From NCBI GenBank assembly GCA_965140585.1, contig OZ223265.1, positions 64,001 through 128,000 on the forward strand: a stretch of 64,000 nucleotides of DNA, read 5' to 3'. Source of the DNA: Spirochaetia bacterium. Its GTDB lineage: Bacteria > Spirochaetota > Spirochaetia > UBA9216. Both the position numbers and the translations under genes were made by a program. The notes under the pieces were generated by a model, which searched no databases, had not been told where the DNA came from, and saw nothing but the letters and a program-made list of their open reading frames with translations. Position 1 is the first letter of the stretch. Each line of letters opens with the position of its first letter. Below, in pieces: positions 8,488-19,561 of the stretch.

Positions 8488-8967
8488 ATGGCGGAAAGCA
8501 AAAATTCAAAAAACAGCCTGGCTGGTAAACTTCGTAAAGAACTTATTGAACTTGTACCTCAGATTGAAGAAGAAGGTCTGGTATTTCTGCTACAACAGGC
8601 AAATACGATTATTCACAACCAGAGAGTGGTTGAACTAAACCGTGATCTGCAGGAAATCAGCAGTTCTTCTCCAAAAAAAAATACCGGCGAGAGCGTCGGC
8701 TTTGAAATTGAGATAGACCGATCAAGTAACGGCAAAACATATTATTTTACAGTTAACGGCAGAAAACATTTCATGGATGTTGCTGAGACAAGGAAAATTG
8801 TGGAACTATGCTACCGACCACCAACAAAGAGCAAGGCTTTGAGGTTTTTATATCAGTACTTTCTGAATGAAAGAGATGAAATTCTGTCTGAACATAAAAT
8901 CAAATCAGAAAATAGTCCTTTTTTTGTAGCATTATTCAAATCTGTCAGAGAAAATTTTTCTCTTTAA
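8488..8967 (+). CDS. Hypothetical protein
   Basis: Open ORF with GGAG SD before ATG 8488. Confidence 0.7.
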   Translation: MAESKNSKNSLAGKLRKELIELVPQIEEEGLVFLLQQANTIIHNQRVVELNRDLQEISSSSPKKNTGESVGFEIEIDRSSNGKTYYFTVNGRKHFMDVAETRKIVELCYRPPTKSKALRFLYQYFLNERDEILSEHKIKSENSPFFVALFKSVRENFSL

Positions 8968-9000
8968 CTCCTGCACTTTTTACTTAGCTTTTCTCTTCTA

Positions 9001-9020
9001 ATATATTATATTTATTATAT
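9001..9020. promoter_or_regulatory. Pseudo-palindromic operator candidate shared with thioredoxin gene
   Basis: ATATATTATATTTATTATAT, 17/20 identical to 34293-34312; overlaps a -10. Confidence 0.45.
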
Positions 9021-9031
9021 AGGAGTTCAAT

Positions 9032-9229
9032 ATGAAAAACGTTGGTAAAACAGACAGGATAATTCGAGTTGTTCTTGGTTTCATTCTGGTTGCAGCTGCT
9101 GTAATTCTTCAGATCAGTATAGGCAGACTCTGGTGGATCGGTATACTTGGACTTATTATGCTAGGTACTTCAGCTCTGTCATTCTGTCCATTGTATATTC
9201 CTTTTAAAATCAATACACGGTCCAATTAG
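9032..9229 (+). CDS. DUF2892 (YgaP-like) membrane protein
   Basis: NVGKTDRIIR...FCPLY..FKINT. Confidence 0.9.
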   Translation: MKNVGKTDRIIRVVLGFILVAAAVILQISIGRLWWIGILGLIMLGTSALSFCPLYIPFKINTRSN

Positions 9230-9237
9230 AAGTGATA

Positions 9238-9270
9238 TTACCGGAACCTGATAGATTCAGGTTCCGGTAA
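9238..9270. terminator. Bidirectional terminator hairpin
   Basis: Perfect 14-bp inverted repeat TTACCGGAACCTGA/TCAGGTTCCGGTAA between convergent genes. Confidence 0.8.
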
Positions 9271-9328
9271 ATATTTTGATGGATTATAAATAAATTAAAA
9301 GTTAAACACGTTCAGGAAGACTTAATCT

Positions 9329-11257
9329 TTAATCCTCTCTATTCAGAGTTCTGTCTCCTGTATTGAAAAAATCCATCTGATCTCTCAGTTCCTGTGCCTG
9401 AGCATTCATTTCTTCCGCAGTTGCTGCAAGTTCTTCTGATGAAGCGGCGTTAGCCTGAACAGCTGTATCCAGCTGAACGATGCTCTCACTTATCTGGTTA
9501 GTCCCAATTTCTAGTTCTTTCATTGCCGAACTCATCTCATTAATCAGTTCTGATGTCTTTTTAATATCAGGGACAAGAATATCCAGATTCTCACCTGCTT
9601 CTTTAGAAACGGTAACAGCATCTGCAGAAAGCTGACTGATTTCTATTGCGGCAGTTTTGCTGTTAACCGCCAGTTTTCTTACTTCACTTGCAACTACAGC
9701 AAACCCTTTTCCGGTATCGCCGGCTCTTGCAGCTTCGATAGCAGCATTTAACGCAAGAAGATTTGTCTGATTAGCAATACTTTCAATCAGCTCAGTTTTT
9801 TCTAAAATCCTATCCATCATCTCTATAGTATTGTCCACTGACTGCTTTGTGCTTCCGTCGTTCTCAACTACTTTATTTGATAATTTTTCTGTAACAAAGG
9901 CATTTTCTACAGTCTGTTTAATATTTGAGCTCATCTGCTCAATTGATGCAGAGACTTCCTCAATTCCTGAAGCCTGTTCCTCTGAACCGGAAGATACAAT
10001 TTGAGAACTCGAGCTTATCTGCTGACTTGCTGACGCCACATTCCCGGCTGTAACAATTATATTGGATATGATTTCTCTGAATTTTCTCGCCATAGAGATT
10101 TCCGACAAGACAAGCTGTCCAATTTCATCACTGGAAACCCGATCTATATCCTCATATGTTGTCAGCTCTCCTGCTGCAAGTTCCTGCGAAAGTTTCAATC
10201 CCTTCAGAATATTACGATTAATACCAAGCGCAATGAGGACAACCGAAACGGTTGTAAGAATTACAGCTGATGTAATAAAAATTATATATAGCATGATTGA
10301 AGTGCCTATGCCTTTAAACAGATCGTTTATTATTGATTCAATCTTTTTCTGTTCAGACTCCCCAAGCTGATTAATCTTCTCCCTCATAGCCTCAAAGGAT
10401 TCCAGCATGGTTCCGGCCTGTGTACTGATGAAAAAATTATCATCAAAGTTTATATCCGCAATAGAGGCTATCTCATCAGTCAGCATCTTCCATTGGGCTT
10501 TCTCAGTATCAAAATTGTTTGACAGATCCTGAACAGCTGCTCCGAAAATATCCGCTGAGACAGAAACTCTTTCAAGAACCTGTTCAACATTTTCAGAATA
10601 GTCTTCAAGATAACGGGTTAGTTCAGCATCATTTTCAGCACGCCCCATCAGCAGTGCAGCTGTATATGCCTGATAAAGGTCACGGTCTCCGTTTAATACA
10701 AGCGATAAAGCCTGTTCAAGAGCTCTGCGCCTTGACGCAGAGAGATTTCCGGAGAGCTGCTGATCTATCAGTTCCCCCAGCCGGTTTATGATATCATGTA
10801 CATTATCAAACGATTTGATAGCCTCATACTCCAGCTCATCCCGCCTCTGATTAGCTTCAGAGACATTCAAAGCCTTGTTTATAATCTTAAAACTGATATC
10901 CTTCCATTTATCAAAGTCAGTTTTAAATGCGCTAAAGATTACGGCCATTTCAGGACTGAACCTCGATTCTCCTGTACCAACTCTGTTTAATGTCTGTTCA
11001 GCGTTTTCCTCATAATCTGAAAGCGCCTTTCTGACATCCGCAACACTGAGAGCCCCCGTACTGTTCATTTCAGAGACCAGGGCCCGATATGCATCACGAT
11101 CTGCTTCGCTGATCATAATTCGGTCATTCTGAAGTTCCAGAACCTCCTGAATATCTGTTTTGATATTCAGAAAGTTAATGATACCAACCATAAAAATTTC
11201 GAATATTGAAATAATCGGTATCGCAACAATAATCGAAAATTTTGTTTTTATTAGTAA
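9329..11257 (-). CDS. Methyl-accepting chemotaxis protein (tandem helical sensory domains, HAMP, MCP signal domain); start codon non-canonical
   Basis: [32 protein letters not shown]; frame extends 22 codons upstream of ATG 11191 through TM1 to TTA 11257 behind AAGGAG. Confidence 0.85.
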   Translation of the reverse strand, partial: LLIKTKFSIIVAIPIISIFEIFMVGIINFLNIKTDIQEVLELQNDRIMISEADRDAYRALVSEMNSTGALSVADVRKALSDYEENAEQTLNRVGTGESRFSPEMAVIFSAFKTDFDKWKDISFKIINKALNVSEANQRRDELEYEAIKSFDNVHDIINRLGELIDQQLSGNLSASRRRALEQALSLVLNGDRDLYQAYTAALLMGRAENDAELTRYLEDYSENVEQVLERVSVSADIFGAAVQDLSNNFDTEKAQWKMLTDEIASIADINFDDNFFISTQAGTMLESFEAMREKINQLGESEQKKIESIINDLFKGIGTSIMLYIIFITSAVILTTVSVVLIALGINRNILKGLKLSQELAAGELTTYEDIDRVSSDEIGQLVLSEISMARKFREIISNIIVTAGNVASASQQISSSSQIVSSGSEEQASGIEEVSASIEQMSSNIKQTVENAFVTEKLSNKVVENDGSTKQSVDNTIEMMDRILEKTELIESIANQTNLLALNAAIEAARAGDTGKGFAVVASEVRKLAVNSKTAAIEISQLSADAVTVSKEAGENLDILVPDIKKTSELINEMSSAMKELEIGTNQISESIVQLDTAVQANAASSEELAATAEEMNAQAQELRDQMDFFNTGDRTLNRED

Positions 11258-11535
11258 TTCTTCTCTCCTTATCTATTTTAAACTATGATTTCAGCGAACA
11301 TAAAAATCAAGTAAAATGGTCAAATATAGATAATTATGAAGAAAATTCAGCCAAAATATTAGAAATCCAATTATCCTTTCTTAAAGAGTTTCAAACTTCC
11401 TCCCTGGAAAACATTTATTAGATAAAAAATAATGGATTTAACATTGTTAAAATATCCTATTGTGAGATCCGTCAGGTAGGAAATATAAATTTCGGCCTGA
11501 TTTTATTCCAAAATCGAATAATGACGCAAGCGGTA

Positions 11536-12428
11536 TTATAAAAGTACTGTTTTTATCTTTTCAATAAGAGATTTAATCTGAGGATTCTTAGTCCCCGAAT
11601 GCCAGGATAGGCACTGCATTGAGTGTTTTGTATGAGCATTGTAAGGCTTCAAAAGCACGTCCGGATAGGCTAAGGTTAATACACTTGAAGGTACAGTACC
11701 TACCCCCGAGCCAGCCTGAACATTAAGCAGGACATCAAGAGAAGTTCTGACATGTTCAATATTTAAACCGTGAAACATTTCAGAAAAGCTCTTCCAGTCT
11801 ACGTTATAAAGTTTTGTTTTATCTTCATCAGGTCGAATCATATAAAAAATGTCATCTTTAAAATCGGCCGGGATCAGATCCGGTTTATCCACTAAATAAT
11901 GATTTTTGTTAATAGCCAGTACATGTTTTACGGGAGTTAACTCGATAAAGCTGATGTTTTTATCCATTCTGATATTATGATCAGTAGTGATAGCCAGATC
12001 ATATTCTCCGGATTTCAGCTTATTTATCAAAGGAACAAAATTGTCATACGAAAATTTATACCTCTGTCTTCCTTCCGGCATACTGTTGTACTAATTGAAA
12101 ATTTCATACAGATCATCAGACAGGCATTCGCCGAAAGACAGCCCTACATTGACCATTTCATATTTGAGCTGTGAGTTTTTTTAACCTTGTCAATTGCGCT
12201 TGTAAATATGTAATACAGATCATAGGTAGAGTTAAAAAACTTTTTGCCGTCATCAGTAAGTTTTACATGGTGAGTACTTCAATCGAACAGTTTGAAATCA
12301 AGTTCATTCTCAAGAGCTTTGATGTATTAACTAAGATTAGGCTGTGAAATGAATAAATTCTGCGCAGCCTTCGAGAAACTTTTGCACGAGGCAACTTCAA
12401 GAAAACATCTTATATGTTCATATGTCAT
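11536..12428 (-). pseudogene. LysR-family regulator pseudogene
   Basis: MTYEHIRCFLEVASCKSFSKAAQNLFISQPNLS*YIKALENELDFKLFD*STHHVKLTDDG: in-frame TAA (12329-12327), TGA (12281-12279), then frameshift; effector domain in ORF 11536-12081. Confidence 0.9.
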
Positions 12429-12576
12429 CACTTATCCGTGACTGTGATTTTATCAGAGCAGGTTTATTATTTCAATATTTATTCGTTTTATGCATAACAA
12501 ACGGCACAAATTTATATTTCAAATATTCCGGGATTGCCTATAGAATGATGTCTGAATTTTTTCAGGAGGTAATCCC

Positions 12577-14482
12577 TTGAGCGTACACTATTCAAATATC
12601 TTTTCACCTATTAAGGTTAAAAATATAATTCTTAAAAACAGAATTGTTGCATCGAACTCACTCCCGCATTTTCTGATAGGTCCGGAAAAGCATCCAACAA
12701 CAGATCTTATAGAGCTCCTGGCGAACAGAGCAAAAAACGGCGCAGCCGTAGTAACCCTTGCGCACACCTACGCTCCGATCGGAATGAAAGGAATGAAAAT
12801 TGGTTTTGATACTGACCACTTTCCTGTTTTTGATATGTATGAACCGACACACCAGAACTATCTTATTATGCTCTGTGACGCTATTCACTATTACGGCGGC
12901 AAAGCATCATTGAATATTACACGCCCCATAATGCCGGAGTGGGATGTTATTGACCGGCCCGAGAAGAAGGCTAAGGCTTATACAAAAGAAATTATTGATT
13001 AGTTCATAGATGCATATGTGGAGCAGGCTGTGATTGCCAGGAAACTTGGCTTTGATATGGGGTCAATCCATTTTGCATACCGCAGTTCATTTGCCGGAGC
13101 ATTCTTCTCTGCAATCACAAACACAAGAACCGATGAATACGGCGGAAGCCTTGAAAACCGTTCAAAAGTTATTCTTGAAATTTTTAGAAGAATTAAGGCC
13201 GAAGTCGGAGAGGATTTTGTACTCGAAGGCCTTTTAAGCGTTAAGGATCTTCCCGGCGGATACACTTTTGAGGATACAAAGAAATTCGCAAAGATGTCAG
13301 AGGGGCTGATTGATATTCTTCAGCTGAGAATGGAAGACGGTGATATCTCACACCCTATGGGATTCCACATGCCTAATCCCACACTGGAATACGCTGAAGA
13401 GCTTAAAGCCCTTAACCTTAAAACCTTTATCGAGCCGATAGGTGGGTTTCAGGATCCTGATGTAATGGAAGAGGCACTCGCCACAGGAAAAGCAGACCTC
13501 ATCGGTATGGCAAGACCTTTTATCTGCAATGACGAGTACGGAACTAAGATGCGTGAAGGACGGAAAGAAGACATTGTTCCGTGTGTTCGCTGCAATAAGT
13601 GTCACGTTATAGGGCACCATGTCCCCTACCGCAGCGCTTGTACAGTAAATCCTGATTTCGGAATAAATGCATATCTGCACAGAAAAGAAGAGCCGGTAGC
13701 CGCAGCTAAAAAAATAGCTGTCATAGGAGGCGGCTCTTGTTGCTGCAAAACGGGGACACAATGTAACAATTTTTTAAAAAACCGGAAGCCTCGGAGGACA
13801 GATGATTCCGGGTTCAGTACCTTCCTTCAAATGGCCTGTAAAGAATTTTCTCGACTACATGGTAAAACAGACTGAAAAGAAAGTAATGGATGTCAGACTT
13901 AACACTGAGGCGACTCCAGAACTGCTTGAAAAAGAAGGATTTGATACCGTATTTATTGCACTCGGAACCATTCCGGTATTGCCTCCTGTGAAGGGAATAG
14001 ATTCAGGCTGTGTTACTACAGCACATTCAGCCCTTGTTTTTCCTGAAAAAGTAAGGGGTGATGTTGTAATCATAGGAGCTGGTGAAGTAGGCATGGAAAC
14101 CGGAATATTTCTAACCGATGCGGGTCATAAGGTTACAATACTTTAAATGAGGAAAGAAATTGCACCAGAGGTTAACCCTATTCACTACCATGAAACCTTT
14201 GACGAAGTATGGAAGAGCAAGGGAACTCTCAGCGTAATTACTGAAGCTGCCGTAACCGAAATTGCGGACGGTACAGTGGTTTATAAGAAGGACAGCAAGG
14301 AGATTACTGTAAAAGCTGACACGGTAATATCTGCCTCCGGAACAAAACCATTAACAGACAAGGCGCTGGCCTTCTATAATAATAATAATAAAGCTAATTA
14401 CTACATTATAGGTGACTGTGATCAGGGAGGAACAATTATAACTTCAATGCGTTCAGCCTATGCGGCAGCAAGCCAGATTTAA
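12577..14482 (+). pseudogene. NADH:flavin oxidoreductase (2,4-dienoyl-CoA reductase/BaiH-like) pseudogene
   Basis: Four fragments: LKNRIV, NTRTDEYGGSLENR, CVRCNKC..CTVNP, FAD domain; TAG 13000, frameshift/deletion after VIGGG near 13735, TAA 14144. Confidence 0.9.
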
Positions 14483-14564
14483 AATATATTAATTCAGCCT
14501 TATGAAAACAGCAATGGGAAACTACGTTATAAATATGTTTATACAGGTGTACAATGCTGCCTTC

Positions 14565-15980
14565 TTAACGCAGTAGGTGAAGAATATCTTCATTATATAC
14601 GTCTCCCGATTTCATCACAGAAACAGGCTCTCTGAGAACGCTCAGATCATCAAGCGGGTTTTCAACTGTAAAAACAAGATCTGCTGTGTATCCTGCTTTA
14701 ATAAAGCCCCTCTTCTGTCCAATCCCCATCTTTATATATCTCTCAGAAGGATTAAGCGTTGCAGTCTGCAAAGCCTGAAGATTGCTGTATCCGTTTTCAG
14801 TCATTATGCGCATCTCATCGTGAAGAGAGATCCCGGGAGCCAGGCCGTACCATGACTGCTGGGAGAGTTCAGTCCCTGCAAGCAGAGTAATTTCATATTC
14901 ATGAAATAGTTTCAGCAGGAGTCTGTCGAGTCTGTAACGGAATATTACATGCTCAGGGACAGCCTCAAGTCTGAAATGATCACCATAGACCTGTCTGTTA
15001 AAAATAAAAATTCGGTCACGATACTTGGGAAGTTTATATTTCTCCGCATATTCAAGATATTTATCCGGTGATGTAATTTTCATTGCTGATATTTCATCTG
15101 CTGCAAGACAGGTAGATAAGGCAATATCATTTGACGCCATGGTTCTAAGCACTTCATCAAGCTTATCCTTAAGAATTTCTATCAGTTCCGTATCTGTAAG
15201 CTGATAATACTTTGAGTAGTATTCATCCATCGTTATCCAGGCTTCTTCTTCATCTATCCAGTTCACACGGTCTGAAGTTTCCTGCTCCATTAAAAGTAAA
15301 CCGATAATTGCAGTCTTATTAATCTCATCAAGTCCGAGTGATACGGCAGTGTAAAACTCTCCAATCGAATACAAGGTAGCTGAGGAATAAATATTCTGCT
15401 CTTCTGCATACTTCAGAATATTCTCAAATTCTGGCGAACCTATCTTTCTCTGAAGTTTCATATAACCTGCATTCAGAGCTTCGATATCATTACTGACTGA
15501 TTCATAATATTTGGCTGTACTGTAGTTCACATACAGGCATGGTACAATATCAGGACCGGAGGTTTTATCGCCCCTGTACTCATCAATATTCTCTATAAAA
15601 TCGGCTGTTATCCCCTTAAGACCGCCCTCCCTGATGCCTGTAACCCCTGCGGCGATCAGCCGATCGCCTGTATGGATTTTCCAGAACTCAAGGTCTGCAG
15701 ATTTACTGTTGAAATATACATACATGTCGGTGAGTCCGGGGGAAACATACATTGATTTACCATCAGTTACTTCGGTAAGCGCGCCGGGTAGTTCAGCCAT
15801 ACTGCCGATCCTGCTGATAATTCCGTGATTTATTTCAATAAACTGGTTTGTTATAATATTTCCGGTCTGAACGTCAACGATATTCACATTGCTTACATAC
15901 TGAAGCTCATCTTTCTCACAGCTGAACAACAGCAATGCTGCTGCAATCAGCAGAATAACTTTTTTAAAAACCATAAACAT
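14565..15980 (-). CDS. Amidohydrolase-fold lipoprotein with degenerate metal site
   Basis: Lipobox LFSC; PGLTDMYVY, AGVTGIRE, LAGTE, ALQTATLNP, GFIKAGYTADLV..NPLDDL. Confidence 0.8.
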   Translation of the reverse strand: MFMVFKKVILLIAAALLLFSCEKDELQYVSNVNIVDVQTGNIITNQFIEINHGIISRIGSMAELPGALTEVTDGKSMYVSPGLTDMYVYFNSKSADLEFWKIHTGDRLIAAGVTGIREGGLKGITADFIENIDEYRGDKTSGPDIVPCLYVNYSTAKYYESVSNDIEALNAGYMKLQRKIGSPEFENILKYAEEQNIYSSATLYSIGEFYTAVSLGLDEINKTAIIGLLLMEQETSDRVNWIDEEEAWITMDEYYSKYYQLTDTELIEILKDKLDEVLRTMASNDIALSTCLAADEISAMKITSPDKYLEYAEKYKLPKYRDRIFIFNRQVYGDHFRLEAVPEHVIFRYRLDRLLLKLFHEYEITLLAGTELSQQSWYGLAPGISLHDEMRIMTENGYSNLQALQTATLNPSERYIKMGIGQKRGFIKAGYTADLVFTVENPLDDLSVLREPVSVMKSGDVYNEDILHLLR

Positions 15981-15991
15981 TATCCTTACTT

Positions 15992-16735
15992 TTATTTTTT
16001 ATACTTCAATTCATTTGTCTTTCTCATTCCATGTTCAAGCAGCATCAGCAGGCTTTCCGCAAAAACCGGATTCTGCTTCCTGATATCGCTTTTATATTTT
16101 CCAACATCATATGCTGCTTCCCTGAATATAAATTCAATCTCCCGGCCGGTTTCAATTATTCCATACCTTGTCATATCCGATATATCATAGTGATAGCCTA
16201 CCGCTCCGAAGTTTGTGAACCGCTTTCCGGCGTATTCAAACTGCTCACTTATATGAGTATGGCCGCAGATGATATCGTGCTCAGGTTCATTCTCAAGCTG
16301 ATTTAAGAGCATACTGAGATCATTATCTTCGAGGGTAAGTTTATCCTTGAATGACCAGGGACTGCCGTGGCAGAAAAGAAAATCAGTACCGTCAAATGCC
16401 TGTTTTTCAGAAATTTTCCAGCTTTTAAGTTCATCTTTGAACTCACTGCTTATCCGTGCATCGGTAAATTCTATCATAGAATACAGGCTGCGTTCAAAAT
16501 CGTTTTGAGGCTTGAAGTCAGAAAATTCTTCAATATTTGAATCGGTATTTCCCTTAATGCATATATAAGGGTTAAGAGTTTTCAGAAGGTCATAGCATTC
16601 CATGGGATATAAACCGTTAAAGACAAGATCTCCCAGAAAGACTATAAAATCGGGTTTATCAGCTTTTAATTCCGCTGCAGCCTTCTCAAATGCATAAATA
16701 TTACCGTGAACATCACTTATTATTCCAATCCGCAT
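15992..16735 (-). CDS. Metallophosphoesterase (YfcE/MJ0936-like)
   Basis: SDVHGN, GDLV, GNTD, HGSP, GHTH. Confidence 0.92.
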   Translation of the reverse strand: MRIGIISDVHGNIYAFEKAAAELKADKPDFIVFLGDLVFNGLYPMECYDLLKTLNPYICIKGNTDSNIEEFSDFKPQNDFERSLYSMIEFTDARISSEFKDELKSWKISEKQAFDGTDFLFCHGSPWSFKDKLTLEDNDLSMLLNQLENEPEHDIICGHTHISEQFEYAGKRFTNFGAVGYHYDISDMTRYGIIETGREIEFIFREAAYDVGKYKSDIRKQNPVFAESLLMLLEHGMRKTNELKYKK

Positions 16736-16760
16736 AGGAATTATTATATCCCTATTACTG

Positions 16761-17492
16761 TTATTCCGGCTGAGCTCTTTTTAAATTTTTCATATAACTT
16801 GATTCTGCCGACAGAGCACCATATTCTTTTCTAAGATAACTGATTCCATAGCCGACAGTATGGTTTTCATCATTCTTAATCCATCGCTTCACTACAAGTA
16901 CAGGCTCCCCGGCACTGCAGTCAATAAGCTTTTCGCTCTCGCTATCAAATACCCCCGGAGAGATTTCAAGTTCGCAGTGAAGTTCAAAATGAGTTGCTTT
17001 TCTGTCAACTAATTCAGGAAAATCTGCATAGTGAATAAGACTTTCTATGGTCGGAAAACCCTTCCGGTACGGAAGATATTTGTTTTCATATCCTACTGGA
17101 AAATTATTATGCAGCAGTATGATTTGTATCATTACAGCTACATTATCTTCAAGAGAAAGAAGTTCCTTGATTTCCTCCGACACCTTAATTATCTTCAATT
17201 TGTTAATTTTAACCTCATGCTCAGGCTTAATCAGATCAAACTGCAGCAGAAAGCGGTTATATTCGGGCTGGCGTACAAAATAGCCCTTTCCCTGGTGGGA
17301 ATAAATCAAATCCTCATTACAGAGAACATTTAAAGCCTTACGTACTGTTACCCTGCTTGTTTTATACTGTCGGGCAAGTTCATTTTCTGTTGGCAGATTG
17401 TCACCCGGGAGAAATTTTCTGGATATTACAGCCTCGCGTATAGCGTCGGCGATTTCTTCATTTAAAGGCCGCTTTTGAGAACTCATTTTCAC
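16761..17492 (-). CDS. GntR-family regulator, HutC/UTRA subfamily
   Basis: LPTENELARQYKTSRVTVRKAL...QGKGYFV; length and C-terminus fit UTRA. Confidence 0.9.
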   Translation of the reverse strand: MKMSSQKRPLNEEIADAIREAVISRKFLPGDNLPTENELARQYKTSRVTVRKALNVLCNEDLIYSHQGKGYFVRQPEYNRFLLQFDLIKPEHEVKINKLKIIKVSEEIKELLSLEDNVAVMIQIILLHNNFPVGYENKYLPYRKGFPTIESLIHYADFPELVDRKATHFELHCELEISPGVFDSESEKLIDCSAGEPVLVVKRWIKNDENHTVGYGISYLRKEYGALSAESSYMKNLKRAQPE

Positions 17493-18133
17493 TCACCCTG
17501 AATAAAATATCTGCATAAATCAAGGCATTCAAGTTCATCCTTCCCATATGCATCAGTACCGGAAATCCTGTAATTCTTAATAAAAACACTCTTTCCGGCT
17601 ACAATTATCTTTACATTATACTGAAGTCCGCGATTATTCTTAATTCTCTGAATAGCCCTGGAAAGGTCTTCATTTTTACTGAAAATGGCGCAGTACAGGA
17701 TAATGATCTCCGGTTTATGTTCAGTTATTTCGTAACTGTCCCAGTTCAATCCGGTATTAAGTTCAATTACTTCAAATCCGTTATTTCTAAGTGTATATGA
17801 AATTATGTTCTTGCCGTTTTCATCCTGATCTCCGCTCATTGAGCCGATAACCACCCTGCCTGCAGCCTCTGCAGCTGAATTTTCAAGCTTCATTTCTTCA
17901 AAAAGAAGTACGTTATAATAGATGTGTTCGGCATATAGTAAATCGGCCATGAAATATTCCCCGGAGCGGTAAAAACCATCAACAAGATTCATTCCTACAC
18001 TTATGCATCTTTGTATTTCGACCTGCGAAAGCCCCTGCTTCAGAAAATCAAGAACCATGGAATATACTTTTTCTTCATCGAGAGTACTTACTGCATTTGC
18101 TAATTCGAGTATTTTATCATTCGGAATGCTCAT
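17489..18133 (-). CDS. Cobalamin-binding-domain protein lacking the DxH histidine
   Basis: Cap motif GEYFMADL; GRVVIGSMSGDQDENGKNII..L..NGFEVIEL. Confidence 0.8.
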   Translation of the reverse strand: MSIPNDKILELANAVSTLDEEKVYSMVLDFLKQGLSQVEIQRCISVGMNLVDGFYRSGEYFMADLLYAEHIYYNVLLFEEMKLENSAAEAAGRVVIGSMSGDQDENGKNIISYTLRNNGFEVIELNTGLNWDSYEITEHKPEIIILYCAIFSKNEDLSRAIQRIKNNRGLQYNVKIIVAGKSVFIKNYRISGTDAYGKDELECLDLCRYFIQGE

Positions 18134-18145
18134 CTGCCGGGACCT

Positions 18146-19486
18146 CTATTTGATATCATCATGCATTTCTGCAATCATTTTATCATCAAGTTTGTAAAAT
18201 AGGAATATTATTACCCCGAACAAAACAAGCACCGCAGGAATAAATGACATAAGAAACTGGATTCCATCAGCAGTTGAGCTGCTCACCGCCATATTGTTTT
18301 TATACCCTATAAGCACCAGTCCGAAAGATGCTATTCCTGAACCAATTATTTGCGATGCATGTATGGCAAGCTGGCCGAATGAAAAGGTTATAGCCCGGAT
18401 ATCCTTCTCATACCTGAATTTTATAAATATACTTACATCATTAAAAAATGAAGGAACCAGCACTGTCCCGACAAACATAAAAAAACCGTTTACAGCCATA
18501 ATTATCAGAAAACCGTTTTTAAGATTACCCCAGAAAGCAAGAGAGGCCAGCATCAGACAATTAAGAATTCCGGTTGATATATATAAAACCCGTTTATCTA
18601 TGTATTTTACTGCTATTTTTGAAGCAAAAGCTCCAGCGAATGCAGTTACAGACATGATTAGAATATATGATGACATTAGTGAGACATCTTTTATAACGAT
18701 CTTCAGGTAATAGATCATCAATGCTGAAACTGCAACAGGAACTGCAGAACGAAGCGCAATCGAAACAAAAAGAGGAATTGTAGGCCCCTTAAACACAAAG
18801 AATAAATTTTTTATATCCTCTTTTATCCCGATTCCAGCTGTTCCGGAACGCTCTTTATCATAGGGTTTTGAGGTTATGAATACTATAAGGATACATACAA
18901 CCATGATTATTCCGTATCCCACAGCGTTCAGGCTGTATACTATCGGCCGCTCCGCGTATTTTAGCAATATCCTGATACCTAAATTTGCAAACAGCAGACT
19001 TGCCACGGTTCCTAGTTGAAACCCCGTAGTACTCAGACTTACTGCATCATATGGAATCTTGCCTATACATCCCAGCAGACTGCGGTAGGAAATCCACATC
19101 ATGGTATAGCCCCAGTATACAAGCAGATAGATAACAGAAAATATAACAGAATACAATGATGCCGGAAGCGACAGCTTTGTAAAGAGCAGACTCATCGAAA
19201 CCGCACATATAAGAGCACCGGAAATCATCCATTGACGATACGGTCTGGTAGATCGGTTGATCAAAATTCCTGAAACAAGTACAGCGAAAACTTCAAACCA
19301 TTGGCATAGGGTAAATATGACGGCGGCTCTTGCGGGGGCAAACATCAGAACATCAGTAAGGTAATACATGAGGTAGTAGGCAAGATATATTAGGAAGAAA
19401 GTAAAACCGAACTCCCCTACGGCATACCCTAATATCTTTTTAAATGAAAGAGTTGTCTTTCTCACCGGTATGCTTCCAATAGACAT
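18146..19486 (-). CDS. MFS transporter, GPH (MelB-like) family
   Basis: GYAVGEFG, YLMYYLTDV, about 12 TM, FYKLD C-terminus. Confidence 0.88.
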   Translation of the reverse strand: MSIGSIPVRKTTLSFKKILGYAVGEFGFTFFLIYLAYYLMYYLTDVLMFAPARAAVIFTLCQWFEVFAVLVSGILINRSTRPYRQWMISGALICAVSMSLLFTKLSLPASLYSVIFSVIYLLVYWGYTMMWISYRSLLGCIGKIPYDAVSLSTTGFQLGTVASLLFANLGIRILLKYAERPIVYSLNAVGYGIIMVVCILIVFITSKPYDKERSGTAGIGIKEDIKNLFFVFKGPTIPLFVSIALRSAVPVAVSALMIYYLKIVIKDVSLMSSYILIMSVTAFAGAFASKIAVKYIDKRVLYISTGILNCLMLASLAFWGNLKNGFLIIMAVNGFFMFVGTVLVPSFFNDVSIFIKFRYEKDIRAITFSFGQLAIHASQIIGSGIASFGLVLIGYKNNMAVSSSTADGIQFLMSFIPAVLVLFGVIIFLFYKLDDKMIAEMHDDIK

Positions 19487-19511
19487 ATAATCCCCATATT
19501 CGAAAATTTAT

Positions 19512-19552
19512 AATGCATATCTATAAAGTGCAAGCAATAATAGATATGCATT
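19512..19552. terminator. Intercistronic hairpin between MFS genes
   Basis: 13-bp inverted repeat AATGCATATCTAT/ATAGATATGCATT. Confidence 0.55.
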
Positions 19553-19561
19553 TTTATGAAA

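Noticed and set aside
11330-11410. GGAGG plus TTG mini-ORF MKLFKKG on the minus strand
   Set aside because: Too short to assign; probably a decayed gene start.
11490-11535. GACGCAAG as a c-di-GMP-I riboswitch for the MCP
   Set aside because: It is on the wrong strand, and the GGCAAA/GAAA tetraloop and second stem are missing.
12279-14146. In-frame TGA/TAG as selenocysteine, pyrrolysine or an alternative genetic code
   Set aside because: All three stop types occur together with frameshifts, and intact genes elsewhere end normally at TAA, TAG and TGA.
14535-14546. ATGTTTATACAG as another GntR operator
   Set aside because: It lies between convergent gene ends with no promoter context.
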